Notes: a model not told the origin generated them from the letters alone. A DNA stretch of 64,000 bases from Bryobacterales bacterium (GCA_965238045.1 CBDEGU010000007.1:67271-131270); one strand, 5' to 3'; shown: positions 27,815 to 37,922, counted from the first letter of the stretch. Numbers and translations are program-made.

Positions 27815-29989
27815 CTACCTTACCGCCCGCAGCTCCTTTTCTGCCTCGGCGATCTGATCCGCAATGGCGGCGAAGACTTCCTCCATCACGCGCACCTGCG
27901 CCTTGGCCGTGCTCCAGTCATGTTGCTCGATCGATTCGCGCACGCCGGGGATCGTCTTCACGCCGTAGCCGGTGTAGAAACCCGGTGCGTACAGCGCGTG
28001 CTGATACCACTCTCGCTCGCCCGGCAGTCCCTCCGGGCGTCGCATGGCCTGCTCAACCTTGCGAAGCACGCGATTGACCTTCGAGAGATCTCCCTTGGGC
28101 CCGTCGCCGGAAAACGCCTGCTCGTAGACCGCTTCGTACGCCTTGGCTGCCTCGCTGATCTTCTTTCGTCCCCTCTTAAGGGGTTTTAACTCAAGCGCTA
28201 CCCCGGGATCTTTCTTCCGCTTCTCCTCAAGCAACTCGTCCAGCTCATCGAGATAGACGCCGATCGTATCGGCGAGATTGGTGAACTCAAAAGGAATAAC
28301 GTCGGCGTCGGCCAGGCGAGTCAAGACCATGGCATTGAACTGGGCCAAGGTGCGTCCGTAGACGAAGTCCGGGTCGCCGAAGCGGCGGTACCAGTCGAAC
28401 GAATCATAGATCGAGTGGTAGACTCCTCCACCCGTACTCCGGAAGGCAAGATTCGCTGAAGCAACGGTGAGGTGATCGATGAAGACGGTGTAGTCGGACC
28501 CCGAGCCGAGCGCACTCATGCGCAGGTCGCGCCGGGTGTCGAGTTCCTTTTTCTTCTTGTCATCGTCGCCGGCATCGGCCATTCGTTTGTCCTTCATGAC
28601 CGTCCAAAGGCTCTTGCCGCTATTGGGGTCGTTGAGGTCCTTGGTGGCTTGATTGAAAAAACGTTCCAGCGTGTGCGAACCGGCGATGCCCAGCACGCCC
28701 CGCCTATTGCTGTCGGTGTTGAGGTAGAAGACCGCCTTGGAGCGAAGCTCGTCGGCGTACTTCTCGCCCCACTCGGTCGAACCGATCAGCCCCCACTCCT
28801 CGGCATCCCAACTGGCGAGGATGATCGTGCGTTTCGGCTTCCAGCCCTGCTTGACCATCTCGGCGAGCGCGCGGGCGGTCTCCATCAGCGCGGCGTTGCC
28901 GCTCACCGGATCGCTCGCGCCGTTGACCCAGGCGTCATGATGATTACCGTAGATCACCCATTCCTCCGGGTACTCGCTGCCCGGAATGCGCGCGATCACG
29001 TTGTAGCCGGTCGGGATGGTCCAGTCGAACTTTACTCGCAGCCGCACCTTGGCCGGGCCCGGCCCCACGTGATAGGTGATGGGTAAAGCACCGCGCCAGG
29101 CCTTCGGCGCGACCTCGCCGCCGATGTTGCGCAGCAGCGGCAGCGCGTCGCCGTAGGAGATCGGCAAGACGGGAATCTTCGGCAGCGTCTTGGCTTCAGA
29201 GATCGCCAGCTTGCGTCCGCCCGGCTCCGAGCCCCAGCCCGGAGTCAGCGGGTCGCCAGGGTGTATCGGCATGTCCATCGTGCTGCCGCGCTGCACTCCG
29301 AACTCAGGCCGGTTCTGCCCCTTGGGATAGATGTCGTCGTTATAGTAGCCGTCATCCTTGGGATCGGAATAGATAATGCAGCCGATCGCGCCATGTTCGG
29401 CGGCCACCTTGGGCTTGATTCCGCGCCAGCCCCCCATATAACGAGCAATCACAATCTTGCCTTTGATCTCGACGCCCATCTCGCCGAGTTTCTTGTAGTC
29501 GTCCGGCATGCCGTAGTTGACGTACACCAACTGGCCGGTCACATCGCCGTCGGGCGAGTAGGCGTTGTAGGTGGGCAACTGCCCGGCGTCGGATGAGTCC
29601 TTGTCTTCCGGGATGGCGGGCTCTTCGAGCTTCGCAACATATTTTTCGGGTGCCAGCAATTCCAAATGACGTTCGCGCGGAGTGGGCATGAGGCCCTCAA
29701 ACTTGTGAAACTCGGCGCTCAGACCCCATTCCCGAAACTTGTCCAGAACGTACTGGGCGACATCGATGCCGGCCTGGCTGCCGGTATGGTGCGGCTCCGC
29801 GCTCATCACCCGGATGTACTCGCCGACGAGATCCGCGCTCGGGACGCGCATCAGTTTGGCTTCGAGCCCGCGCTGCTTTGCGCTGCTGTTTTTCGTGAAG
29901 CCGCGAAGCTGTTCCGCGGCATCTTGACCAGGAAGAATCGCCGCGCAGACCGCTGCGAGCACACACAGGATAAATTTCTTCATTGCCAT
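27815..29989 (-). CDS. M28 peptidase, glutamate carboxypeptidase II (PSMA)/transferrin-receptor-like
   Basis: WDAEEWGLIGSTEW and YGNHHDAW zinc-site blocks, a PA-domain-like insert and a C-terminal dimerisation-like helix region. Signal peptide MAMKKFILCVLAAV. Confidence 0.85.
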   Translation of the reverse strand: MAMKKFILCVLAAVCAAILPGQDAAEQLRGFTKNSSAKQRGLEAKLMRVPSADLVGEYIRVMSAEPHHTGSQAGIDVAQYVLDKFREWGLSAEFHKFEGLMPTPRERHLELLAPEKYVAKLEEPAIPEDKDSSDAGQLPTYNAYSPDGDVTGQLVYVNYGMPDDYKKLGEMGVEIKGKIVIARYMGGWRGIKPKVAAEHGAIGCIIYSDPKDDGYYNDDIYPKGQNRPEFGVQRGSTMDMPIHPGDPLTPGWGSEPGGRKLAISEAKTLPKIPVLPISYGDALPLLRNIGGEVAPKAWRGALPITYHVGPGPAKVRLRVKFDWTIPTGYNVIARIPGSEYPEEWVIYGNHHDAWVNGASDPVSGNAALMETARALAEMVKQGWKPKRTIILASWDAEEWGLIGSTEWGEKYADELRSKAVFYLNTDSNRRGVLGIAGSHTLERFFNQATKDLNDPNSGKSLWTVMKDKRMADAGDDDKKKKELDTRRDLRMSALGSGSDYTVFIDHLTVASANLAFRSTGGGVYHSIYDSFDWYRRFGDPDFVYGRTLAQFNAMVLTRLADADVIPFEFTNLADTIGVYLDELDELLEEKRKKDPGVALELKPLKRGRKKISEAAKAYEAVYEQAFSGDGPKGDLSKVNRVLRKVEQAMRRPEGLPGEREWYQHALYAPGFYTGYGVKTIPGVRESIEQHDWSTAKAQVRVMEEVFAAIADQIAEAEKELRAVR

Positions 29990-30133
29990 GCATTCTACAC
30001 GAGGCGGCCGCTGCGCGGACCACTCGATGTCGCGGACCACGGCGGCGTGATTCGAAACCTCTTACGGGGAAAGGCAGCAGGGTGAAGGCAGCCGCTTGGG
30101 CTTCCCGCTCGCCCGGGTTAGTATGAGAGGACC

Positions 30134-31120
30134 ATGGAAACAGAAGGATGCGCTGAAGTTCGCCATGACTGGTCGATCGGGGAGATCCAAGGGATCTACA
30201 CTGCTCCCTTGCCGGATCTAATCTACCGGGCCCAGACCGTTCACCGGGCTCACCACCGCGCGACCGAAGTACAGGGTTGCGCCCTGCTCAGCATCAAAAC
30301 CGGCGGCTGCCCCGAAGATTGCGCCTACTGTCCCCAATCAGCCCACTACGACACGGGGACCGATGCCACGGGATTGTTGAGCGTGGCAGAGGCTCTCGGC
30401 GCGGCGGAAAAAGCACAACAAGAAGGCGCGACCCGTTTCTGCATGGGTGCCGCGTGGCGCGAGGCTCCCGAGGGCGAGGAGTTCGACCGTGTCGTCGAAA
30501 TGGTGCGCGGCGTACGGCGGATGGGCATGGAGGCTTGCTGTACTCTCGGCATGCTTACCCAGCCCCAGGCCGACCGTCTGGCCGAGGCCGGCCTCACCGC
30601 ATACAATCACAATCTGGATACGTCGCCGGAATTCTACGGCGAAATCATCTCGACGCGAAGCTACCAGGAACGGCTCGACACGCTGGCTCGCGTGCGCCGC
30701 GCGGGCGTGACGGTTTGTTCGGGCGGCATCATCGGCATGGGGGAACGCCGCGAGGACCGCTTCAGCCTGTTGCACCAGCTTGCCACGCAGTGCCCGCATC
30801 CCGAAAGCGTGCCCATCAATCTTCTGATGCGGGTCAAAGGAACGCCGCTAGCCGGCCAGCCCGCGCTGGACACTATCGAAATGGTTCGTATGATCGCCAC
30901 GGCGAGGGTCTTGATGCCGAAGTCGATCGTCCGCCTCAGTGCCGGGCGAACCTCGCTCAGCGACGAGGCGCAGGCGTTGAGCTTTCTGGCCGGGGCGAAT
31001 TCCATTTTCCTGGGTGAGCGGCTACTGACCGCGCCCAATCCCGAACTCGGCAGCGACCGGCGGCTGCTCGACAAATTGGGTATGCGCCTTAGTCCCGAGC
31101 CTGTCACCGAGACGGCGTGA
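30134..31120 (+). CDS. bioB: biotin synthase
   Basis: Radical-SAM CPEDCAYCPQS plus BioB-like sequence (YNHNLDTS, TVCSGGIIGMGE). Confidence 0.95.
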   Translation: METEGCAEVRHDWSIGEIQGIYTAPLPDLIYRAQTVHRAHHRATEVQGCALLSIKTGGCPEDCAYCPQSAHYDTGTDATGLLSVAEALGAAEKAQQEGATRFCMGAAWREAPEGEEFDRVVEMVRGVRRMGMEACCTLGMLTQPQADRLAEAGLTAYNHNLDTSPEFYGEIISTRSYQERLDTLARVRRAGVTVCSGGIIGMGERREDRFSLLHQLATQCPHPESVPINLLMRVKGTPLAGQPALDTIEMVRMIATARVLMPKSIVRLSAGRTSLSDEAQALSFLAGANSIFLGERLLTAPNPELGSDRRLLDKLGMRLSPEPVTETA

Positions 31121-31200
31121 AGACAAGGCCGCCGAAGCCCGAATTCCCGCGTTATGGACGCATCGCCTCGTTTCTGGGTTTCTTGCTATGATGAAAATCT

Positions 31201-31256
31201 CTAGCGGCGGACAGCAGGATACGCGTCGCTAGCGGCGGACAGCAGGATACGCGTCG
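31201..31256. repeat. perfect 28-bp tandem duplication CTAGCGGCGGACAGCAGGATACGCGTCG x2
   Basis: Read directly. It lies in the bioB/Rieske intergenic region, ~90 nt upstream of the Rieske ATG. Confidence 0.9.
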
Positions 31257-31348
31257 CCTGCCAACCGCGATTCCAGCGCGTTACTGCCTTCCAGTGTTTA
31301 CCCTAGAGCCAATTTCGTCCAGATCACGTTTTCATAGAAGAGGTATCC

Positions 31349-31960
31349 ATGCTTGATCCAAACGCGGACCCGGCGACCGGCGCCGGGGGAGGGGCCGCGG
31401 CTGGCAAAGCGGAAAACTCCGCTGAGCCGTCCTTTGTTTCCAAGCTGATTCAGGGTTTCCGCTCCGGCGAATCCGGCAAGGAGGGCATCAGGACGCGGCG
31501 GCGCTTTGTCACCTTCGCCATCGCTGGTTTTCTCACAACGAACTTTCTGATGTTCTTGCGGTTCTTCTTCCCGCGAACCATCTTCGAGCCGAAAACCGTG
31601 TTTCGTATCGGCATGCCGGCCGATTTCGGTGTCGGGGTGGATACGAAATTTCAGAAGGCGCGGCGCATCTGGGTTGTCAAAAACACTGAGCGGCTGTTCG
31701 TGATCAACGCGATCTGCACGCATCTAGGCTGCACGCCGGACTGGAAAGAGTCAGAACAGAAATATAAGTGCCCCTGTCATGGCAGCGGTTATGATCCGGA
31801 AGGCATCAATTACGAGGGTCCGGCGCCCCGTCCCATGGACCGCGCTAGGGTAGAGATCGACCCCGAAGGCCAGATTGTCGTGGATACTAGTGTCACCTTT
31901 AAGTGGGAAAAAGGCAAGCGAAGCCAGTTTGATGATCCGGGTGCTTACGTCGCCATCTGA
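31349..31960 (+). CDS. Rieske 2Fe-2S subunit of a cytochrome bc-type complex
   Basis: CTHLGC...CPCHGS boxes, an RTRRRF twin-arginine motif and one TM helix. Confidence 0.9.
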   Translation: MLDPNADPATGAGGGAAAGKAENSAEPSFVSKLIQGFRSGESGKEGIRTRRRFVTFAIAGFLTTNFLMFLRFFFPRTIFEPKTVFRIGMPADFGVGVDTKFQKARRIWVVKNTERLFVINAICTHLGCTPDWKESEQKYKCPCHGSGYDPEGINYEGPAPRPMDRARVEIDPEGQIVVDTSVTFKWEKGKRSQFDDPGAYVAI

Positions 31961-32101
31961 TTCCGGATTCGAATCAGAAGCAAGGCGCGCGGCGCTCTCG
32001 TCGCGCCGCGTTTTCGGATCACGTCGCGCCAGGCGGTGATTCGTTTGCCGCCGGGATCTCGCATCGGTCGCGGCGACCGTCGAGAAAAGGAGCCAGATAG
32101 C

Positions 32102-33016
32102 ATGGCGGAAGGAACAGTCAAGAAAGATCAGGGCGTGGACGCGGCCGATGGCAACGGGAGCAAGCTGCTCGGCTTGATTGATTCCAGCGTGATCAAGGAG
32201 AAGGCGGCGCAAGACCTGGCAGCGTTCAAGAAACCCACCAAGTCCGAGTTGTACAAGTCGATTTTTCGTGTCAAGCACGACGAAACGCCCCGCAGCCGCA
32301 CACTCGGTGTTCTCAGTAATGTGTTCTTGCATCTGCATCCGGCGAAAATCAATCGGGACGCGGTCGCCTACAATTTTACTTGGGGCATGGGCGGTATCTC
32401 GTTCTACCTGTTCTGGGTGCTCACCTGGACGGGCGTGCTGCTGATGTTCTACTACCATCCGACGAAGGTGCAAGCCTTCCGCGATATCCTCTATCTGGAG
32501 CACGACGTGCCCTTCGGCAAGCTCCTGCGCAATATGCACCGCTGGGGCGCTCACGCGATGGTGCTGACCGTCTGGCTCCACATGTTCCGGGTCTTTCTCA
32601 CGGGCTCCTATAAGAAACCGCGCCAGTTCAACTGGTCGGTGGGCGTGATTCTGCTTGTGCTGACCCTGCTGCTCTCGTTCACCGGCTATCTGCTGCCCGA
32701 CGATCAGCTCGGTTTCTGGGCCGTCACCGTGGGCACGAACATGGCGCGTGCCAGTCCGATGTTGGGCCATGAAGGACCCTTCGGACTGATGATGGGCATG
32801 ACGCCCTACAACGACGTGCGTTTCGCGCTGCTGGGAGGCTCCATCGTCGACTCCAATGCCCTCTTGCGCGCTTATATTTGGCACTGTGTCGCCATACCAG
32901 GATTCGCCGCGACGTTCATGATCGTGCACTTCTGGAGGATCCGCAAGGACGGCGGCATCTCGGGCCCCGCGCCCATGATGCTCGAGAGGGAGATCAAGCC
33001 GTTGCGAAAGATCTAG
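32102..33016 (+). CDS. cytochrome b, N-terminal (b6-like) subunit
   Basis: Cytochrome b/b6 N-terminal-domain sequence (FYLFWVLTWTGVLLMFYY, RNMHRWGAHAMV, FTGYLLPDDQLGFWA). ATG 32102 follows AAAAGGAG. Confidence 0.9.
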   Translation: MAEGTVKKDQGVDAADGNGSKLLGLIDSSVIKEKAAQDLAAFKKPTKSELYKSIFRVKHDETPRSRTLGVLSNVFLHLHPAKINRDAVAYNFTWGMGGISFYLFWVLTWTGVLLMFYYHPTKVQAFRDILYLEHDVPFGKLLRNMHRWGAHAMVLTVWLHMFRVFLTGSYKKPRQFNWSVGVILLVLTLLLSFTGYLLPDDQLGFWAVTVGTNMARASPMLGHEGPFGLMMGMTPYNDVRFALLGGSIVDSNALLRAYIWHCVAIPGFAATFMIVHFWRIRKDGGISGPAPMMLEREIKPLRKI

Positions 33017-33064
33017 CGCCAGGATCGATTCTGTACGGTTGCGCTTACGAGGAGACAAGGTTTT

Positions 33065-34000
33065 ATGGATTGGCATCAGCTTTGGACGATCATCTCCCTG
33101 CCCGACAATGTCCCGATTCTCGGGTTGATGGTTCTGATCCCGTTCTACAGTTGGTACGCCTTCCGCCAGGCGTTCGCCAACGACCGGCTGATCAAGAAAC
33201 TGGAAGCGGATCCGGAAATGGCCAAGACCCATCACAGGAAAACGCAGCCTTTTCGGGAGGGCTGGGCCCGCGAGGTTTATGTCTGGCCCTACCTGCTGCG
33301 CATAGAATTCTTGTCCGCCATTATCGTGACCGCGATCTTGATGGTATGGTCGATCACTCTCGACGCGCCGCTGGAAGAGCCCGCCAATCCGTCGCTGACG
33401 ATGAACCCGTCCAAGGCGCCCTGGTACTTCCTGGGGCTGCAGGAGATGCTCGTCTATTTTGATCCCTGGATTGCCGGCGTCATGATGCCGACTCTGATCG
33501 TCGTCGGCCTGCTCATCATTCCCTATATCGACACGAATCCGCTGGGGAATGGCTACTACACATACGCTCAGAGAAAATTCGCCATTTGGGCCTTCCTCTC
33601 TGGCTTTATTATTCTCTGGTGCTCCATGGTCGTGATCGGCACGCTGATTCGCGGACCCGGCTGGATGTGGTTCTGGCCCGGCCAGACTTGGGACCATAAC
33701 CGTCTCATCTTCGAAATCAATCGCGATCTGCACGAGATTCTTGGGATGACCGACCCGCTGGTCTACGGCATCTTCGGCTTCCTGGTCGTGGCGGGATTCT
33801 ATCTGGTTGCCGGTTACGGCGTGCATCGGATCATGTCCTGGAACGAGTTCAATCGCAAGATTCTGGCCCGCATGACGCTGCTGCAATATCTGACCATGAA
33901 TTTTCTCCTCGTCACCATGATCGCGCTGCCGGTCAAGATGGCCGCGCGCCTGCTCTTTCGGATTAAGGACGTGTGGGTCACGCCCTGGTTTAATGTCTGA
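33065..34000 (+). CDS. cytochrome b C-terminal domain subunit (subunit IV-like, extended)
   Basis: PWYFLGLQEMLVYF (PEWY-region equivalent) plus several TM helices. Confidence 0.8.
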   Translation: MDWHQLWTIISLPDNVPILGLMVLIPFYSWYAFRQAFANDRLIKKLEADPEMAKTHHRKTQPFREGWAREVYVWPYLLRIEFLSAIIVTAILMVWSITLDAPLEEPANPSLTMNPSKAPWYFLGLQEMLVYFDPWIAGVMMPTLIVVGLLIIPYIDTNPLGNGYYTYAQRKFAIWAFLSGFIILWCSMVVIGTLIRGPGWMWFWPGQTWDHNRLIFEINRDLHEILGMTDPLVYGIFGFLVVAGFYLVAGYGVHRIMSWNEFNRKILARMTLLQYLTMNFLLVTMIALPVKMAARLLFRIKDVWVTPWFNV

Positions 34001-34057
34001 CGCCCTTGCGGGTCAGCCCGCGCACCGATGAAATGGAACGGAGAATGAACGGACGAA

Positions 34058-37000
34058 TTGCTCATGCCTGACAAACCGACACTCGAGCCGGATCCAGTAA
34101 TAACGAAATCACTGAGCGTGCCGCTCATGGTATCGACGCTGATTCTGTCGCTCTCCCTCGTCTGGGCGCTCTACGACGAGGTCTATACCATGAGGCCCTG
34201 GAAAGGGTTTCAGAGCGACTTCCTCGAACTCTACTCGGCGCACTTGGGGAAACTGAAACCCCAGCAGGCCGGGCTTGAAAAGCAGATCAAGGAGTCGCCG
34301 GAATATCAGGATCTCCAGAAGCAACTCGATGAGGCCGAGGCCACGGCACGAGAACGCTCCGCCGAGATCGATCGTCTGGTGCGGCGGGGTGTTACGCCGC
34401 GCATGATTGCCGCCCGTCAGACATTCCAAATTCTGCGAACCGAAGCCGACGCGCAGATCTACTTGCTGGAAACCGCCGGCAACGAAGCGGCGAAGGAATC
34501 CCTGCGCCAGAATATCGAAGAAATCAAGCAGCGCGGCGTGGAAGTCAAGCTGGCGCTGGCCGACGGTTCCGGCGGCGCCGAGACCGTCACGATGAACTAC
34601 GCCCAACTGGAGCAAGAATATCTCGGGCTCCAGCGACGGCGCGTCGAACTGCAAAAGGAACGGGCCGAGGTTCTGGCCCCGGCCAGCGGCCTTCGCGCGA
34701 CGCGCGACGCGCTTCTCGCCGACCGCCTCAGCGGTCTCAGCGCACAGCAGATCGAAGGCCTGATCTCAAAGACGGACAGTTTTCAGATTGCGATCAAGCA
34801 GATTCATCTCAATGACATCGATCTGGTGGACCGCTGCCAGTCCTGCCACCTCGGTATTCTCGAGCCGCTCGAGATCAAGGCCGCCGATGTTGGGGGGCGA
34901 GCCGAGTTTGTTAGTCATCCGATTCCGGACCTGCTCAAGATTCACGACCCGGAGCAGTTCGGCTGTACCAGTTGTCACAACGGGAATGGCCGCGCCACGC
35001 GCTCGGCCGTCAAAGGCCACGGCCGCCACAAATTCTGGCTCTGGCCAATGTACGAAAAGGAAAATACGCAAGCCGGATGTCAGCAGTGCCATGCGCGCGA
35101 AATCATTACCGATTATGCCGGGGTTCTCAACAAGGGCCGCACCCTGTTCCTCAACAAGGGCTGCTGGGGCTGTCACCGCTTCGAGGGTTTCGACAAGGAG
35201 ACCGAAGAACTCGCCGCCGTGCGCCAGAGCATGATTATTCTCAACAACGAGAGGACGACGAATGAGAAGGAGCGGCGCGAGAGCATCGAACAGGGCGATC
35301 AGGCTCCGGATCCGGACGAGTCCGACCGCTTATATGCCAGGGCCGGCTTCCTCCATCTGCGCAACAGCGTCATCGACGCCGAACTGGACGCGCTGAAGAT
35401 CGAAGAGACGTCGCTGGTTCGAGAAGTCCGCAAGTTCGGGCCCAATCTGAAAGAAATCAAGGTCAAGGCGCGCAAGGAATGGGTGCCGGTTTGGATCAGC
35501 AACCCGCATGCATTCCGTCCAGGCGCTAAGATGCCCGAGTTCCGGCTGCAAGAAGACGAAGTCCAGAAAATCGCCGCCTATATTTGGCAGAACGCCATCG
35601 ACGGCGCACTCGTTCAGCACCCGCCGGGCAACGCCGAACGGGGCAAGGAACTTTTCGAAATTCGCGGCTGCATGGGCTGCCATTCGATGGGCGAGGGCGA
35701 CGAGAAGCAAGGCGACACGTTCGCCGCCAACCTCACCCGCGTGGGCGAGAAGACGACCTACAATTTCCTCGTCCGCTGGGTTCACGACCCCAGTGAGCTG
35801 ACTCCGGATCCCAATGCCGATCCCGATCAGCCGCGGCTGATCCCGCTGATGCCCAATCTGCGGCTGAGCCTCGCTGAGTCACGGGACATTGCCAGCTATC
35901 TGGCCGCGCGGAAGACCGACGCCGCTTACCCGCCGGCCGATTTCATGGACGACCCGGAATTGGCCAAGGAAGGCATGACGCTGATCCGCCATTACGGCTG
36001 CGCCGGATGTCACGAGATACGAGGTCTGGAAACCGAGGGTCGTATCGGCACCGAGTTGACCGTCGAAGGCAGCAAGCCTGTCGAGAGGCTCGATTTCGCC
36101 CTGCTAACCCATCCGGCCGAACGCGAAGGCTGGTACAACCACAAGGGTTTCTTCGAGCACAAGTTGGCCGACCCCGCGGTCTTCGATCAAGGGAAGGTTC
36201 GCCCGCACCTTGAAAAGTTGCGGATGCCGAATTTCCATCTTTCCGGGGACGACGTTACCGCCCTGACGACGTTCCTTCTTGGGGCGGTTGATACGACGTT
36301 CCCCGAGCACTATCGCTACGAGCCCGAGGACGAGCGGCGTGCCGTGCAAGAGGGTTGGTGGATCGCCCGGCGCTATAACTGTGTCGGCTGTCACCAGATT
36401 TCCCTCACCGGCCGTACGGCTCTGATGGGGATTCCGCGCTATCAGGATCCGGACTGGCAGGAACAGCTTCCGCCCCAGCTCTTCACCCAGGGCGCGCGAG
36501 TCCAGCCGGACTGGCTCGTGGGCTTCCTGAATAATCCCGCGCTCAGCGAGACCGACATCCATCGCAACGGCATCCGCCAATATCTGCATGCCCGCATGCC
36601 TACGTTTAACTTTACCGAGCGGCAGGTCATGAAACTCACGACGTTCTTTGCCGCCAAGTCCTCGCAGCCGGTTGCCTATATTCCCAAGGAACTTGAGCCG
36701 CTGACACTGCGGGAGCTCGCTCTGGCCCGGCAGCTCTTTAGCAGCCGCGCGGCGCCATGCTTGAAGTGCCATATGACCGGCGACCCGGCGCACGACCGTA
36801 CCGCGACGGCGCCGAATTTTCTGACTGCCGGCAGCCGTCTCAAGCCCGACTGGACCTACCGCTGGCTGCTGGAACCGGCCAAACTCGCGCCTGGCACTGC
36901 CATGCCGTCGGAGTTGTTCCGGCAAGAAGGCGACCGCTGGATCTTCGCTGGTCCTCTGCCCGCGTCTTTCGATGGCTATGAAAAAGACCATGCCCGGCTG

Positions 37001-37066
37001 CTGGTGCGCTATATGTTCCAGATGACCCCGGGCGAGGTCCGCCGGCTGGGCGTCGCGGGACAGTAA
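34058..37066 (+). CDS. membrane-anchored octaheme cytochrome c (1002 aa)
   Basis: Eight CxxCH motifs: CQSCH, CTSCH, CQQCH, CWGCH, CMGCH, CAGCH, CVGCH, CLKCH. There is an N-terminal TM helix and long heptad-like charged stretches. The start is TTG 34058 or ATG 34064. Confidence 0.9.
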   Translation: MLMPDKPTLEPDPVITKSLSVPLMVSTLILSLSLVWALYDEVYTMRPWKGFQSDFLELYSAHLGKLKPQQAGLEKQIKESPEYQDLQKQLDEAEATARERSAEIDRLVRRGVTPRMIAARQTFQILRTEADAQIYLLETAGNEAAKESLRQNIEEIKQRGVEVKLALADGSGGAETVTMNYAQLEQEYLGLQRRRVELQKERAEVLAPASGLRATRDALLADRLSGLSAQQIEGLISKTDSFQIAIKQIHLNDIDLVDRCQSCHLGILEPLEIKAADVGGRAEFVSHPIPDLLKIHDPEQFGCTSCHNGNGRATRSAVKGHGRHKFWLWPMYEKENTQAGCQQCHAREIITDYAGVLNKGRTLFLNKGCWGCHRFEGFDKETEELAAVRQSMIILNNERTTNEKERRESIEQGDQAPDPDESDRLYARAGFLHLRNSVIDAELDALKIEETSLVREVRKFGPNLKEIKVKARKEWVPVWISNPHAFRPGAKMPEFRLQEDEVQKIAAYIWQNAIDGALVQHPPGNAERGKELFEIRGCMGCHSMGEGDEKQGDTFAANLTRVGEKTTYNFLVRWVHDPSELTPDPNADPDQPRLIPLMPNLRLSLAESRDIASYLAARKTDAAYPPADFMDDPELAKEGMTLIRHYGCAGCHEIRGLETEGRIGTELTVEGSKPVERLDFALLTHPAEREGWYNHKGFFEHKLADPAVFDQGKVRPHLEKLRMPNFHLSGDDVTALTTFLLGAVDTTFPEHYRYEPEDERRAVQEGWWIARRYNCVGCHQISLTGRTALMGIPRYQDPDWQEQLPPQLFTQGARVQPDWLVGFLNNPALSETDIHRNGIRQYLHARMPTFNFTERQVMKLTTFFAAKSSQPVAYIPKELEPLTLRELALARQLFSSRAAPCLKCHMTGDPAHDRTATAPNFLTAGSRLKPDWTYRWLLEPAKLAPGTAMPSELFRQEGDRWIFAGPLPASFDGYEKDHARLLVRYMFQMTPGEVRRLGVAGQ

Positions 37067-37136
37067 ACGACTTACGGGCGCTCTTTGGCCCTCTATTTGC
37101 AAACGAAACTGCTATCCGAATAAGGAAGGTATTGAA

Positions 37137-37922
37137 ATGACGAGATGCAACAGAGTGTTCGCCCTCATGACGGTAAGCCTGATCGCTATCGCTGCGGGCT
37201 GCGGTGGGGGTGGCGGAGATGAGGCCGCGCCCGCTGGCGGCGAAGCCGCCCCGTCCGCCGACTACTTCAAGGTCGATCCCCCCAAGGCCGCCACGATTAC
37301 CGGCAAGGTTAACCTCGAAGGTGATCCTCCCAAGGTGCGCCCCATCAATATGAGCGCCGAACTGGACTGCAAAGAGCTGCATACGGGCACCGTTATGCCC
37401 GAGGTTGTCGTGGCGAAGGACGGCAAGCTGCAGAATGTTTTTGTTTGGGTCAAGAGCGGTCTCGGCGACAAGAAGTTCGAAGTTTCCTCCGAACCCGCTA
37501 GACTTGCCCAAAAGGGTTGCGTCTACGTGCCTCATGTCCTCGGTCTGCAGACGAACCAGCTCATCAAGATTGCCAACAATGATCCGTTGACTCACAATGT
37601 CCACCCTCTGCCCAGGAAGAACCGCGAGTGGAACAAGTCGCAATCGCCAGGCGCCTCGGAACTCGAGTACCAGTTTCCGCGCGTCGAACTGAAGCTGGCC
37701 GTCAAGTGCAATATCCATCCCTGGATGCGGTCGTACATCCATGTGGTCGAGCACCCGTTCTTCGCGGTCACCGGTGCGGATGGCACCTTCGAGATCAAGG
37801 GTCTCCCCGCCGGCACCTACACGATCGAAGCGGTTCACGAAAGGCTCGGAGAGCAAGAGGTTAGCGTGACCCTCGGCGAGGCGGAGTCCAAGGACGTTGA
37901 ACTTACTTTCAAGGCTAGCTGA
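37137..37922 (+). CDS. lipoprotein with an amicyanin-like type-1 copper site and a C-terminal carboxypeptidase-regulatory-like beta domain
   Basis: Lipobox LIAIAAGC. Cu ligand pattern THNVH ... CNIHPWM (compare amicyanin PHNVH ... CTPHPFM). Tail FEIKGLPAGTYTIEAVHE. Confidence 0.7.
   Translation: MTRCNRVFALMTVSLIAIAAGCGGGGGDEAAPAGGEAAPSADYFKVDPPKAATITGKVNLEGDPPKVRPINMSAELDCKELHTGTVMPEVVVAKDGKLQNVFVWVKSGLGDKKFEVSSEPARLAQKGCVYVPHVLGLQTNQLIKIANNDPLTHNVHPLPRKNREWNKSQSPGASELEYQFPRVELKLAVKCNIHPWMRSYIHVVEHPFFAVTGADGTFEIKGLPAGTYTIEAVHERLGEQEVSVTLGEAESKDVELTFKAS

Noticed and set aside
31751-33886. 711-aa minus-strand ORF (and 36104-37102 and 36840-37997, also minus strand)
   Set aside because: They are antisense to the cytochrome b, octaheme cytochrome and cupredoxin genes, which carry unambiguous cofactor motifs.
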